Positions 1-8,680 of a stretch of DNA of 56,088 bases are shown here, piece after piece. The DNA comes from a virus (Duplodnaviria > Caudoviricetes). Positions within the stretch are counted from its first letter, which is position 1. Each line of letters opens with the position of its first letter. The notes beneath the pieces are model-generated. The model saw only the letters and a list, made by a program, of their open reading frames with translations, made no database searches and was not told where the DNA came from. The stretch is from positions 1 to 56,088 of IMG/VR virus record IMGVR_UViG_3300025387_000004, one strand, 5' to 3'. The position numbers were made by a program, and so were the translations under genes.

Positions 1-93
1 CGGATAACCATCGATGTATTTGTTGTCGATGCAGATACACATCTGGGTTTGTGGTCACAATTCGCAATAGGTGCGCAAATTCCGTTAGGAGAG
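1..93. repeat. Terminal direct repeat, copy 1 (circular assembly overlap)
   Basis: Bases 1-93 are identical to 55996-56088. Confidence 0.95.
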
Positions 94-97
94 GGTA

Positions 98-442
98 ATG
101 TCTGACAACCTTAACCTTGTGAAGCGTCAGCGCGAAATATCACAAGCCTCACACAAAGTGCGTGATAGTATTTACTATCCAGTAAATGGAGCCGCCGACG
201 CATTAAAGGCGAAGGACGCGGAAATAGATTATTGGAAAAACCGCACCCGCGAGGCACTCGAAACAATAAAGGACAATGTCGCCCGCATCGCTGAACTAGA
301 GGCAGCGTTAAAGCCGTTTGCTGATAAGGCAACAGCTTGCGAACAAAGATACTCTGACTTCATCCCAGAGGATGACCGCACGTTTGCTTTTACGCTTGGC
401 GACCTACGCCAAGCCCGTAAGGTATTGGGAGAGGAGGAATGA
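98..442 (+). CDS. Hypothetical coiled-coil phage protein; C-terminus paralogous to 55525-55980
   Basis: RBS GGAGAGG; shares RIAELEAALKPFAD and DLRQARKxLGExE blocks with 55525-55980. Confidence 0.8.
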   Translation: MSDNLNLVKRQREISQASHKVRDSIYYPVNGAADALKAKDAEIDYWKNRTREALETIKDNVARIAELEAALKPFADKATACEQRYSDFIPEDDRTFAFTLGDLRQARKVLGEEE

Positions 443-642
443 CCAGACAAGAAAAAGAAGCCCTCATCCTGCGTCTCGCTACATTCTTCGACGACGCTCC
501 AACATATTTCACCATGAAAGACCTTGCGGAGATCGCCTTCGATTACATCGAGCCTCAGATCCGTGAGGAATGTGCCCGCTATGCGGAAGCCCTCGATCCC
601 ACCCACAACGTCGCGTCTGCAATCCGTCGAGCCCACCCATGA
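439..642 (+). CDS. Hypothetical protein
   Basis: ATGA overlap with the upstream stop; RBS GAGGAGG. Confidence 0.75.
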   Translation: MTRQEKEALILRLATFFDDAPTYFTMKDLAEIAFDYIEPQIREECARYAEALDPTHNVASAIRRAHP

Positions 643-893
643 CCCCAGAAGACATTGAGCGCGTTCCTGTCAACATCAAATGGACCCCCGAACTCGACGA
701 AGAGCTTGAGCGGAGCATACACAATGGACTCTCTTACACCCAAATCGCCATCAAATTCTCCATCTCCAGATGCGCCGTTGCAGGACGCATCCATAGACTC
801 CGCAAAGCAAAAAGAAGCGGAGCGCAAGTTGGCCGCAGCGGAAGGCCGTCGCTTGCGCCGAAACGCCTTGCACCGGGAGAGAATGGCGAATGA
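639..893 (+). CDS. GcrA-like HTH regulator (N-terminal domain); possibly frameshifted into 655-1110
   Basis: WTPELDEELERSIHNGLSYTQIA..FSISRCAVAGRIHRL matches the GcrA N-terminal pattern WT-x-E...G-x-S-xx-QIA...SR-x-AV-x-G-xx-HRL; ATGA overlap at 639. Confidence 0.7.
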   Translation: MTPEDIERVPVNIKWTPELDEELERSIHNGLSYTQIAIKFSISRCAVAGRIHRLRKAKRSGAQVGRSGRPSLAPKRLAPGENGE

Positions 894-1110
894 CCCAGAT
901 TACAGGGAATACCAACGGTCCAGACGAGAAGCGTATCGACGTAAGAAGAAAGACGAAAAGGCAGAAGCCCGGAAAGCCCAAGCACAAATCCAAAGGGAAA
1001 TTCCCCAAGGTGACAAAAAGCTCCCTCAAGACCATTCGCCGCTTGAGCGCCCTGCGCAGAAGAAAAAGCCGGGGAGAGTTTATATGATGTGTAAATGGTA
1101 TGGCCTGTGA
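883..1110 (+). CDS. Basic hypothetical protein, or the C-terminal part of a frameshifted GcrA-like gene
   Basis: GGAG upstream of ATG 883; helical charged sequence MANDPDYREYQRSRREAYRR. Confidence 0.45.
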   Translation: MANDPDYREYQRSRREAYRRKKKDEKAEARKAQAQIQREIPQGDKKLPQDHSPLERPAQKKKPGRVYMMCKWYGL

Positions 1111-1128
1111 CCTACGGTCACGCCTATC

Positions 1129-1164
1129 AGACCCACCTTATACTGAGTCTCGAGTGGGTTTAAC
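1129..1164 (+). promoter_or_regulatory. Dyad element copy A (ACCCA-N4-ATACTGAGT-N6-TGGG)
   Basis: 29/35 identical to 12200-12234; intergenic. Confidence 0.7.
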
Positions 1165-1191
1165 TTTTTCCCCCAGCGCGCGATTATTTTC

Positions 1192-1220
1192 TTGCAATGG
1201 GTTTAACTTTATGGCACTAT
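1192..1220 (+). promoter_or_regulatory. Putative sigma70 promoter with a TGGGTTTAAC site in the spacer
   Basis: TTGCAA-N17-CACTAT upstream of RBS AGGAG and ATG 1251. Confidence 0.5.
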
Positions 1221-1250
1221 ATCGAACGCACAAACAAAGGAGCCTTTTTG

Positions 1251-1736
1251 ATGCGCACACTTAATCTCCCCCATGAAATCTCAGTCACAGTCGCCCAGCC
1301 TTACAAAGAAGGCTACGTTCTAACCGCAGCCGAAGCTGAAAAGCTCAACCAAGTCTTCGCCGACAGCATCCGCACATCTCTAATGTCCAAGCTCAAAAAG
1401 CTCAAAAAGCTCGATAACGACAGCGTAGACCATGCAGAGGTCGAGCATCAGTTCCAGCAGTTCGCTAACAACTACGCTTTTTCAATCCGCACACCGAAGA
1501 ACGCAGCAGATCCCGTGGCGAAAGAGGCGCACAAAATCGCAAAGGAACAAGTGTTCGCATCGATCAGAAAGAAGGGCGGAAATCCTGCAGACTATTCTGC
1601 GGAACAAATCGCAGAATACGTCACGAAAGTTTTGCAGCACAAACCAGAAATCATGGAAGAAGCTGCAAGACGCATCGACTCAAGTCGTAAAATTGCCGGG
1701 GATCTTTTGGACGATCTTCTTGACGAGGCGGCATGA
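1251..1736 (+). CDS. Hypothetical helical protein with acidic C-terminus
   Basis: RBS AAGGAG; ATG 1251; ends DLLDDLLDEAA. Confidence 0.85.
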   Translation: MRTLNLPHEISVTVAQPYKEGYVLTAAEAEKLNQVFADSIRTSLMSKLKKLKKLDNDSVDHAEVEHQFQQFANNYAFSIRTPKNAADPVAKEAHKIAKEQVFASIRKKGGNPADYSAEQIAEYVTKVLQHKPEIMEEAARRIDSSRKIAGDLLDDLLDEAA

Positions 1737-1746
1737 TAAGAAACAC

Positions 1747-1883
1747 GGCCAGCACCGCTGATGCGAAAGCTCAAGTGTTGGTCTTCGTTCAAGGTTCGAC
1801 TCCTTGAAAACAGGGGCATATACCTCCCGCCCCTGCACTTGGGGGAGCAAGGCACTTCAATGTTCGACTTGCTCCCTCCTTTT
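1747..1883 (+). ncRNA. Candidate structured RNA: four consecutive hairpins ending in a terminator-like stem
   Basis: Stems at 1747-1783 (GAAA loop), 1788-1808 (TTCGACT loop), 1811-1835 (CCTCCC in loop) and 1843-1876 followed by TCCTTTT. Confidence 0.45.
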
Positions 1884-1903
1884 AGAAAACAGAGTGCCCT
1901 TAA

Positions 1904-2194
1904 ATGCGTGAAGCTGAACTCCTCTACGAAGCCTATCACTCCGACTTTGGAATAGAAGTCGAGCTTCTCGGCAATTACCAAGTATCACTGCAAAAACTAT
2001 ACGCAGCAAAACGTAAAGATCCTGACCTCGAAATCATCCAAATCTTCAAATCTCCCTCATCTCACAATCATATCTGGATAGTTAAAAACGACACTTTGCG
2101 CCATCCGAACGCGCCACAGGCGCAGACCATTAAACAAAACCCACAAGGCGACGGACCTCTTTACTCCCTAGCCGACCTTCTCGGAGATGACTAA
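1904..2194 (+). CDS. Hypothetical protein
   Basis: ORF in operon; protein-like composition. Confidence 0.75.
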   Translation: MREAELLYEAYHSDFGIEVELLGNYQVSLQKLYAAKRKDPDLEIIQIFKSPSSHNHIWIVKNDTLRHPNAPQAQTIKQNPQGDGPLYSLADLLGDD

Positions 2195-2417
2195 CATGGG
2201 CGCGAGGCTCGAAGACGAAACGACTAAAATTCACTTCCATATTTTCTCAAAGGATCTTGAACGAATTGACGCGCTTTTCTGCCGACAGGGGCACCGCACG
2301 GTCGGGCGCTCGAAAGCCCTTCGCCTCATAATCCATTCTTACCTTTCGCATCTGGAGAAGAAGTCAAATGCCAAACCAATCAAATTCGACCCCTCAATCG
2401 CAGACATCATTGCCTGA
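2187..2417 (+). CDS. Hypothetical protein, possibly ribbon-helix-helix DNA-binding
   Basis: Beta-strand then two helices (KIHFHI..DLERIDAL...RSKALRLII); overlaps its neighbours. Confidence 0.6.
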   Translation: MTNMGARLEDETTKIHFHIFSKDLERIDALFCRQGHRTVGRSKALRLIIHSYLSHLEKKSNAKPIKFDPSIADIIA

Positions 2418-2646
2418 CGGCGATCCGCTCGAGGAGGCCTCAACATTTTCCCTCGAAGAACTTATGAACCGCGCCCCGCAAATTTCTGACCTTGAGGCAG
2501 ATCAAATCATCGCCTACCTCCGAGCCCAACGCGAAAAGTTCGCACAGCAAGAGGCAACGCCGAAAGTCAAAAAGGAGCGTAAGGCTCCCGCAAAAGGCCC
2601 AAAACCAAAACTATCCGTTGATGAATTACTCTCAGGCCTAGACTAA
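2368..2646 (+). CDS. Hypothetical protein
   Basis: RBS GGAG; ends LSVDELLSGLD. Confidence 0.75.
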   Translation: MPNQSNSTPQSQTSLPDGDPLEEASTFSLEELMNRAPQISDLEADQIIAYLRAQREKFAQQEATPKVKKERKAPAKGPKPKLSVDELLSGLD

Positions 2647-2665
2647 AAATTGCAGGAGCCATGCA

Positions 2666-2869
2666 ATGACAACCGACGAATTAGAAGACCTCGTTATATC
2701 TCTGCGTCATCAAGCAGGGACGTGGATGGGAGACGAGGCGTGTGAGCAACTCGAGAGACTTATTCAATACACATTAAAAATCCACGAGCGCTCAACACTT
2801 ATCGACGCAAAATTAAAGCAAGGCTATCGGTTCATTCAGACCGGCAGCGGTCAACATTCCACCAACTAA
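2666..2869 (+). CDS. Hypothetical protein
   Basis: RBS AGGAG. Confidence 0.7.
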   Translation: MTTDELEDLVISLRHQAGTWMGDEACEQLERLIQYTLKIHERSTLIDAKLKQGYRFIQTGSGQHSTN

Positions 2870-2883
2870 GTCAGGGACGCCCC

Positions 2884-3822
2884 ATGACCACGAACAATTC
2901 ACTCTCCAAAATCTCCCCCAACTTTCAGATTGCTTGGGACTCGACCTCAATAGGCGCATTCAAGACATGCCCGAGGCTCTACCAGTTGTCCATCCTTGAG
3001 GGCTGGCAACCACGCGAGATCAGCGTTCATCTAACCTTCGGCCTACACTTCCACTCAGCCCTTGAGAAATACGATCACTTGCGCTTTGGAGGCATGGACT
3101 ATGACCAAGCACTTCGTGAAGTCGTGAAGTATGTGTTGACAATTACATGGGACGAGAAGAAAAATCGTCCGTGGATCTCAGACGATCCAAACAAAAATCG
3201 CCTCACGCTGCTCCGCTCGGTCATTTGGTATTTGCTGCAATTCGCAGATGACCCTATTGAAACGGTCCGTTTGGCTAATGGCAAACCAGCAGTTGAATTG
3301 TCCTTCCGCTTTGACAGTGGTTACACAACGTCCCACGGCGAAAGCATTTTGCTTTGCGGGCATTTGGACCGTTTAGCAATGCTGAACGGCAAGGCCTTCG
3401 TGCTTGACCGCAAGACTACAAAATCCACAATAAACTCGTCATTTTTTGACAAGTTTTCTCCCGACAACCAGATGACCCTTTACGCCATCGCCGGGAAGGT
3501 CGTTTACAACATCCAGATTGAAGGGATCATTGTTGACGGCGCGCAGATCGCACAATCATTCACACGCTTTCTGCGCGGCACAGTTCCAAGGTCCGAACCA
3601 GTCCTTGAAGAATGGTATTATGACCTCGGCCAATACCTTGCAACCGCAGAACTCTATGCCGCCAATGGCTACTGGCCGATGAACGACAAATCTTGTGGCC
3701 AGTATGGCGGTTGCCCGTTCCGCAAAATATGCAGCCTTCCGCCTTCTGTCCGACGCGAGTGGCTCCAAGCCGACTTCACCCGTCGCGTCTGGGACCCTCT
3801 CCAAGTCCGAGGTGACATTTGA
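2884..3822 (+). CDS. PD-(D/E)XK Cas4/RecB-like exonuclease with probable Fe-S cluster
   Basis: CPR...FG..FH; GHLDR...LDRKT; QMTLY; C-terminal CGQYGGCPFRKIC. Confidence 0.85.
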   Translation: MTTNNSLSKISPNFQIAWDSTSIGAFKTCPRLYQLSILEGWQPREISVHLTFGLHFHSALEKYDHLRFGGMDYDQALREVVKYVLTITWDEKKNRPWISDDPNKNRLTLLRSVIWYLLQFADDPIETVRLANGKPAVELSFRFDSGYTTSHGESILLCGHLDRLAMLNGKAFVLDRKTTKSTINSSFFDKFSPDNQMTLYAIAGKVVYNIQIEGIIVDGAQIAQSFTRFLRGTVPRSEPVLEEWYYDLGQYLATAELYAANGYWPMNDKSCGQYGGCPFRKICSLPPSVRREWLQADFTRRVWDPLQVRGDI

Positions 3823-3893
3823 CAGACTTAATCATCGTCCTTGTCGGCACCTTCGTCATCACCATCACCCTCGCAGCTTTATGGAACCAATAA
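3819..3893 (+). CDS. 24-aa single-TM micropeptide (MTDLIIVLVGTFVITITLAALWNQ)
   Basis: TTG start overlapping the upstream TGA, GAGGT RBS, fills the gap to ATG 3895; below the ORF-track size limit. Confidence 0.5.
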   Translation: MTDLIIVLVGTFVITITLAALWNQ

Positions 3894-3894
3894 C

Positions 3895-4698
3895 ATGCCT
3901 CCACTTTCACAACATCATTCATCCACAACCACAAAGCTGCTTTTCGTTGGCGATAGCGGAGCGGGAAAGACAGGCGCATTGGCCAGCCTTGCATCCGCTG
4001 GGTTCAAGGTTCGTATTCTTGACCTTGACAACGGAGTAGATGTCCTACGCGACCTCCTCACCAACGGGAAATATTCAAAAGACGCCATTGAGAACGTCGA
4101 GTATGTGACCATCACTGAGCCTATGAAGAACCAAGGCGGCAAGTTGGTCCCCGCCAAGGCATCTGTCTGGCAGCGTGTCGCCGGGATGCTAGGCGATTGG
4201 AAAGATGGCGAACGCAGCCTTGGCTCCATCACCACATGGGACGACAACACAGTTCTTGTCATCGACAGTCTCACCATGCTTTCTGATGCCGCTCTGTCCT
4301 ACATCCTCGCTATGAACGGACGCCTTGGTCAGCACCCGCACCAAGCCGATTGGGGCCTTGCGCAAGCATTGGTAGAGAACCTTTTGCGAATGCTCTACGA
4401 CGAGGGAGTCAAGTGCAATGTGATTATAAATTGCCACATCAAACCTATGGGCGACGATAGCGGTCCGGAGCGTTACTACCCCAACACCCTCGGCAAAGCA
4501 CTCCCACCAAAAGTCGGTCGTTATTTCAACACGGTTTTGCTTGCTCAAAGTTCTGGTCGTGGTGCAAATCTCAAACGCCAGATCTTCACGACATCACAAG
4601 GAACTATTGAATGCAAAAATACAGCGCCCTCGAAGGTAGCGCAGAGTTATCCGCTTGAGTCCGGCCTCGCCGATTACTTCAAGGCTGTGAGGGTATGA
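3895..4698 (+). CDS. AAA_24/Sak4-like P-loop ATPase (single-strand annealing/recombination)
   Basis: Walker A GDSGAGKT, Walker B VLVIDS; lies between exonuclease and SSB-like gene. Confidence 0.8.
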   Translation: MPPLSQHHSSTTTKLLFVGDSGAGKTGALASLASAGFKVRILDLDNGVDVLRDLLTNGKYSKDAIENVEYVTITEPMKNQGGKLVPAKASVWQRVAGMLGDWKDGERSLGSITTWDDNTVLVIDSLTMLSDAALSYILAMNGRLGQHPHQADWGLAQALVENLLRMLYDEGVKCNVIINCHIKPMGDDSGPERYYPNTLGKALPPKVGRYFNTVLLAQSSGRGANLKRQIFTTSQGTIECKNTAPSKVAQSYPLESGLADYFKAVRV

Positions 4699-4699
4699 C

Positions 4700-5179
4700 A
4701 TGTATAAGAAAATAAACCAACACTGTGGTGAAACGAAAATATGCTCAGTTGATGGATGTAACTCCCCTATCAGGGGAAAGGGTTTGTGTTTAGTTCATTA
4801 TTTCAGAGATAGGCGCAAACAAAAAGCCGCAGCTAAAAAAGCCAAAATGCCGAACATAGAAAAGCAACTTTATGAACAAGCTGTAAAAGAGGCTGTGCAA
4901 GAAGCTGTAAAGCGCGTTTTTCTTACGGAATATCCCGTCGGTAAATTAAGGAGTAGAATATCTACGGGAAAATACAAAATGATTTCAATTCCCGAACACA
5001 GACTTGTTGCTGAGAGAGCTTTGGGAAAAGCATTACCTCCGGGAAGCATTGTCCATCATATCAATCTGAATAAACAAGATAATAGACAGTGTAATTTGGT
5101 AGTTTGTCCAAATAACGAATACCACATGCTCATTCATAAACTGCAAGATCATTATAATTACTACGGAACACAACCGTAG
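4700..5179 (+). CDS. Free-standing HNH homing endonuclease
   Basis: CSVDGC...GLCLVHY zinc motif; EHRLVAE...VHHINLNKQDNRQCNL; AT-rich relative to flanks. Confidence 0.85.
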   Translation: MYKKINQHCGETKICSVDGCNSPIRGKGLCLVHYFRDRRKQKAAAKKAKMPNIEKQLYEQAVKEAVQEAVKRVFLTEYPVGKLRSRISTGKYKMISIPEHRLVAERALGKALPPGSIVHHINLNKQDNRQCNLVVCPNNEYHMLIHKLQDHYNYYGTQP

Positions 5180-5247
5180 TCACAAGTTTCCGCAGTCAAA
5201 TGCGGAAAACCGGCCCATCACTGGGTCTATTTTAATGGAGAAAATGT

Positions 5248-5685
5248 ATGTCAGTAAACTTCAAAGACCTCTTATCAACCAAACTCGATGACGTAAAAGC
5301 CCCTTCAGCATTACCCGAAGGCACTTATCATGGAACAATTTCATCCTTTGAATATGGAGACAACAATAAGAATAAGACGCCTTACGTTCGTTTCGCTCTT
5401 AAATTTCACTCAACCTCAGACGACGTAGATCCAAAGGACCTTGCAGACATCGACCTCGCGTCTCGCAAGCTCTCCACGGACTTCTACCTCACACCAGACG
5501 CCCGTTGGAGACTCAAGGAATTCCTTGTTTCTCTCGGCCTTAAAACCGACGGAGGTTCGTTCGACGAACTGATCCCAGAGGCAGTTGGACAGAGCGTGAT
5601 CGCGTATGTCACGCAGCGTTTCAATCCAGAGCGCCCTGACGATCCGCCACGCAACAACATCAAGTCGGTAAAAGGTGAGGCATAA
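5248..5685 (+). CDS. Putative single-stranded DNA-binding protein (DUF669-like)
   Basis: LPEGTYHGTI...KTPYV OB-fold-like pattern; follows Sak4-like ATPase; RBS GGAG. Confidence 0.65.
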   Translation: MSVNFKDLLSTKLDDVKAPSALPEGTYHGTISSFEYGDNNKNKTPYVRFALKFHSTSDDVDPKDLADIDLASRKLSTDFYLTPDARWRLKEFLVSLGLKTDGGSFDELIPEAVGQSVIAYVTQRFNPERPDDPPRNNIKSVKGEA

Positions 5686-5705
5686 GGCTTACGCCTATTA
5701 ATCAC

Positions 5706-5734
5706 AGAGGGGGCGAGGAGCCATTTGCCCCCTC
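5706..5734 (+). terminator. GC-rich hairpin after the SSB-like gene
   Basis: AGAGGGGGCGA/TTGCCCCCTCT stem; no U-tract. Confidence 0.4.
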
Positions 5735-5758
5735 TACCCACAAACTCAAAGGCCCAAC

Positions 5759-7192
5759 ATGACCAGCATTGCTCTCAAAGACATTTGGATTGATCGCGGC
5801 ACCCGCCAGCGCAAGGAAATCACCATTGATGATCTCCTCGAAAGCATCCCAAGACGTGGTGTGCTGGTCCCGATTATTGTGGTGGCCGAGCCCGGACCGG
5901 CAGAACAACCCTACAAACTAATCGCAGGTGAACGGCGCTACACGGCCAGCAGGAAGCTCGGCCTTCCCGACATCCCCGCAAGGCTCTTAACTGACCTCTC
6001 CCCCACAGAACAACGCATCGTGGAGCTTGAGGAAAATTTGCGCCGGAAGGATCTGGGTTGGCAGGACCAGTGTATCGCCATCGCCACGATCCACGATGTC
6101 CTTTCTCAGCAACATTCCGAGTCCGATTGGACCTACGCAAAGACTGCTGAAAACATCGGCTATGGTCAGGCATGGGTGCAAAGATGCTGCCGGATCGCAA
6201 AGGAACTCCACCGCGATAACGTCCGAACAATGGACACGGCAACGCGAGCCTACAATTTCCTGTCCCGTGAAGACGAGCGGGTGGCGGCTGATGCTGTTAG
6301 TAACATCCTGTCATCGGCGTCAAAAGCGGCCACCGACGCCTTCGACGGGGAAGGGGGGATCAATCCCCTTGACGATCTTTTGGACGCATCCACGGCCCCG
6401 GAAAAGCCCGCCAATGCGCCTTCAAAAAGCGCCCGCATTATCCCGCCCATCCTATCCCCGGAAACATCCATCCTTCAGCAATCTTTCCTCGACTGGGCCC
6501 CCTCTTATGACGGCGAACCCTTCAATCTAATCCACTGCGACTTCCCCTACGGCGTGAATGTTTTCGGGGGAAAGTGGTCAGGAAAACAAACGACATCTGG
6601 ATACCAGGATACAGCAGACATCTATGAAAAACTCATCACATGCTTATGCGAGAACCTCGATAACATCATGGCACATAGCGGGCATCTGGTGTTTTGGCTC
6701 TCAGGGGACATCACGATACAAGCTAAAACTTTACAGATGTTTGCCGACCTTGCCCCTCAACTGGCGTTCTGCAACTTCCCACTTGTCTGGGTCAAGAGTG
6801 ACAATGTTGGAATTGTGCCGGACCCCAAAAGGGAGCCCAGAAGGATTTACGAAACGGCACTGATCGCTTCCCGGGAAGACCGCCTTTTAGTCAAGCCCGT
6901 CAGCAACGCAATCTCTCACCCAACAAACAAGGAGCATCATCCACACACCAAACCAGAACCAGTGCTAAAACATTTCTTGTCAATGTTTGTGGACTCTAAC
7001 ACTCGCCTGTTAGACCCGACATGTGGTGGAGGCTCGGCCCTCCGCGTAGCTGAAGCCCTCGGAGCCGAACACGTTCTTGGCCTCGAGATCAACGACGAAT
7101 ACGTTGCGAACGCGAGAAGGGCGCTGCAGCATTTCCGTATTCACCAAAAAGCATCTTCAATTCAAAAGGAGCAAACAAATGAGCAATCCTAA
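5759..7192 (+). CDS. ParB N-terminal domain fused to a beta-class N4/N6 DNA methyltransferase
   Basis: LIAGERRY...EENLRRKDL (ParB); motif IV variant DFPY, HPHTKP, motif I variant LDPTCGGGS. Confidence 0.85.
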   Translation: MTSIALKDIWIDRGTRQRKEITIDDLLESIPRRGVLVPIIVVAEPGPAEQPYKLIAGERRYTASRKLGLPDIPARLLTDLSPTEQRIVELEENLRRKDLGWQDQCIAIATIHDVLSQQHSESDWTYAKTAENIGYGQAWVQRCCRIAKELHRDNVRTMDTATRAYNFLSREDERVAADAVSNILSSASKAATDAFDGEGGINPLDDLLDASTAPEKPANAPSKSARIIPPILSPETSILQQSFLDWAPSYDGEPFNLIHCDFPYGVNVFGGKWSGKQTTSGYQDTADIYEKLITCLCENLDNIMAHSGHLVFWLSGDITIQAKTLQMFADLAPQLAFCNFPLVWVKSDNVGIVPDPKREPRRIYETALIASREDRLLVKPVSNAISHPTNKEHHPHTKPEPVLKHFLSMFVDSNTRLLDPTCGGGSALRVAEALGAEHVLGLEINDEYVANARRALQHFRIHQKASSIQKEQTNEQS

Positions 7193-7622
7193 AATCGCAG
7201 ACAAACTCGATCTTGATCTTCTCGAAAACGCTTACATGAACATCAACGATACCGTCCCTCCACCATCTGCAAGGCCAAAGATTGTGACGACACAACAAGC
7301 ACCAGCAACCAACCCCCAACTCGAAATCATTGCTGAAGGCATGAAGCGCGCAGAGCAACTCTTTGCCTCAAAGAACTCGGAATACGGCGATAGCGGAGAC
7401 ATTCTAGGCAACTTCCGTCGCCTTGCAGAGCAGCAGGGTGTTCCGATGTCAACTGCATGGATGTTCCTTGCCGGAAAGCACATCGACTCAATCCAGCAAT
7501 ACGTGATCGACACTCGCAACAACACATCACGTCATCGCTCACAACCATTCTCCGAGCGCATCGATGATCTTGTTGTGTATAGCCTTTTGCTGTTGGTCAT
7601 CGCTGCTGAAGAAGGCGCATAA
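7179..7622 (+). CDS. DUF1599-like (nucleotide-modification-associated, MazG-like) protein
   Basis: KNSEYG...NF...KH...D.LVVY pattern; RBS AAGGAG. Confidence 0.6.
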   Translation: MSNPKIADKLDLDLLENAYMNINDTVPPPSARPKIVTTQQAPATNPQLEIIAEGMKRAEQLFASKNSEYGDSGDILGNFRRLAEQQGVPMSTAWMFLAGKHIDSIQQYVIDTRNNTSRHRSQPFSERIDDLVVYSLLLLVIAAEEGA

Positions 7623-8680
7623 TGTCATACTCCCCCACACTTCCATTCGCACATTCTTCTGGGCCCAAGGATGCAAAGATTGCAATTGTGGGGGAGGCAT
7701 GGGGCGAGCAAGAGGCACTAATCGGCAAGCCCTTCCAAGGTTATTCCGGGCAAGAGCTAACTCGCATGTTGCAAGAGGCAGGTCTTTCCAGACGTGACTG
7801 CTTTTTGACAAATGTTCTCGCCCTTCGCCCACCAAACAATGACCTTGCAGCATTATGTTGCAATAAAACTTCTTGCGGGGAGGGTTATGCCCTCCCCCAT
7901 CTGGGAAAAATCGGGCAATATCTAAAACCAGAATACCTTCCTGAGTTGGATCGGTTACGCGATGAACTTACCTCCGTGGCTCCAAACCTTATTATCGCTC
8001 TTGGTAGCACTGCTTGTTGGGCTTTGCTTTCTACTAATGGGATTGGCGCTTTACGAGGAACAGTTGCAACGTCAACTCTCGTTCCGCATAAGGTCCTCCC
8101 AACTTACCATCCCTCCGGGGTTTTACGGAACTGGGCATGGCGTCCTATCGCAATTGCCGATTTAATTAAGGCCAAGCGCGAAAGCGAATACCCTGAGATC
8201 AAACGCCCTTCCCGCAGAATTCTTGTCAACCCCACAATTGCTGAATGCCATGAGTGGATCGACCGCAACGTGCGCTCCGAATGTGCGTGTGACATCGAGA
8301 CAAAGTTCGGGATGATCGAGATGGTTGGCTTTAGCGCCAGCCCGACCGACGCCATGGTTGTGCCATTCTGGGACAAGAACAAGGGCGGAAACTACTGGCC
8401 GTCGGCGAACGTAGAAGGCGATGCTCGCAAGGTTGTCAAGCGCCTCCTGGAAAATCCGTCCATAACAAAAATCTTCCAAAACGGCCTTTATGACTTGCAG
8501 TATTTAATCAAAGAGGGTTATAGGCCAAGAGGCTGTCGTGAAGACACAATGCTTTATCACCACGCCCTCTACCCGGAAATGCAGAAAGGTCTAGGTTTTC
8601 TAGGCTCGATCTACACGTCAGAACCAGCATGGAAAACCATGCGGGGCAAGAAAATAACGGAGATGAAGAAGGATGATTAA
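7622..8680 (+). CDS. Uracil-DNA glycosylase-like domain plus N-terminal part of the PolA 3'-5' exonuclease (ExoI, ExoII)
   Basis: VGEAWG..E...GKPF.G.SG, TNV and YHPS (UDG family 4-like); DIET (ExoI); FQNGLYDL (ExoII); DTML. Confidence 0.85.
   Translation: MSYSPTLPFAHSSGPKDAKIAIVGEAWGEQEALIGKPFQGYSGQELTRMLQEAGLSRRDCFLTNVLALRPPNNDLAALCCNKTSCGEGYALPHLGKIGQYLKPEYLPELDRLRDELTSVAPNLIIALGSTACWALLSTNGIGALRGTVATSTLVPHKVLPTYHPSGVLRNWAWRPIAIADLIKAKRESEYPEIKRPSRRILVNPTIAECHEWIDRNVRSECACDIETKFGMIEMVGFSASPTDAMVVPFWDKNKGGNYWPSANVEGDARKVVKRLLENPSITKIFQNGLYDLQYLIKEGYRPRGCREDTMLYHHALYPEMQKGLGFLGSIYTSEPAWKTMRGKKITEMKKDD

Noticed and set aside
1-93. Biological terminal repeat
   Set aside because: It falls inside a coupled ORF and is more simply an assembler overlap of a circular contig; the PBSX/P22-like packaging module suggests headful permutation.
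890-1087. Alternative basic ORF 890-1087
   Set aside because: It has an ATGA overlap but lies within the more protein-like 655/883-1110 frame; unresolved, so not listed as a feature.
1389-1412. 9-bp tandem repeat AAGCTCAAA as a phase-variation tract
   Set aside because: In-frame (KLKKLKKL), so copy-number change would not switch expression; probably a local duplication.
1788-1808. tRNA gene suggested by GGTTCGACTCC
   Set aside because: No acceptor stem, D-arm or anticodon arm can be built around it; kept only as part of a hairpin cluster.
2884-3822. CRISPR-Cas system implied by a Cas4-like gene
   Set aside because: No repeat-spacer array or other cas genes; the exonuclease-Sak4-SSB context indicates recombination.
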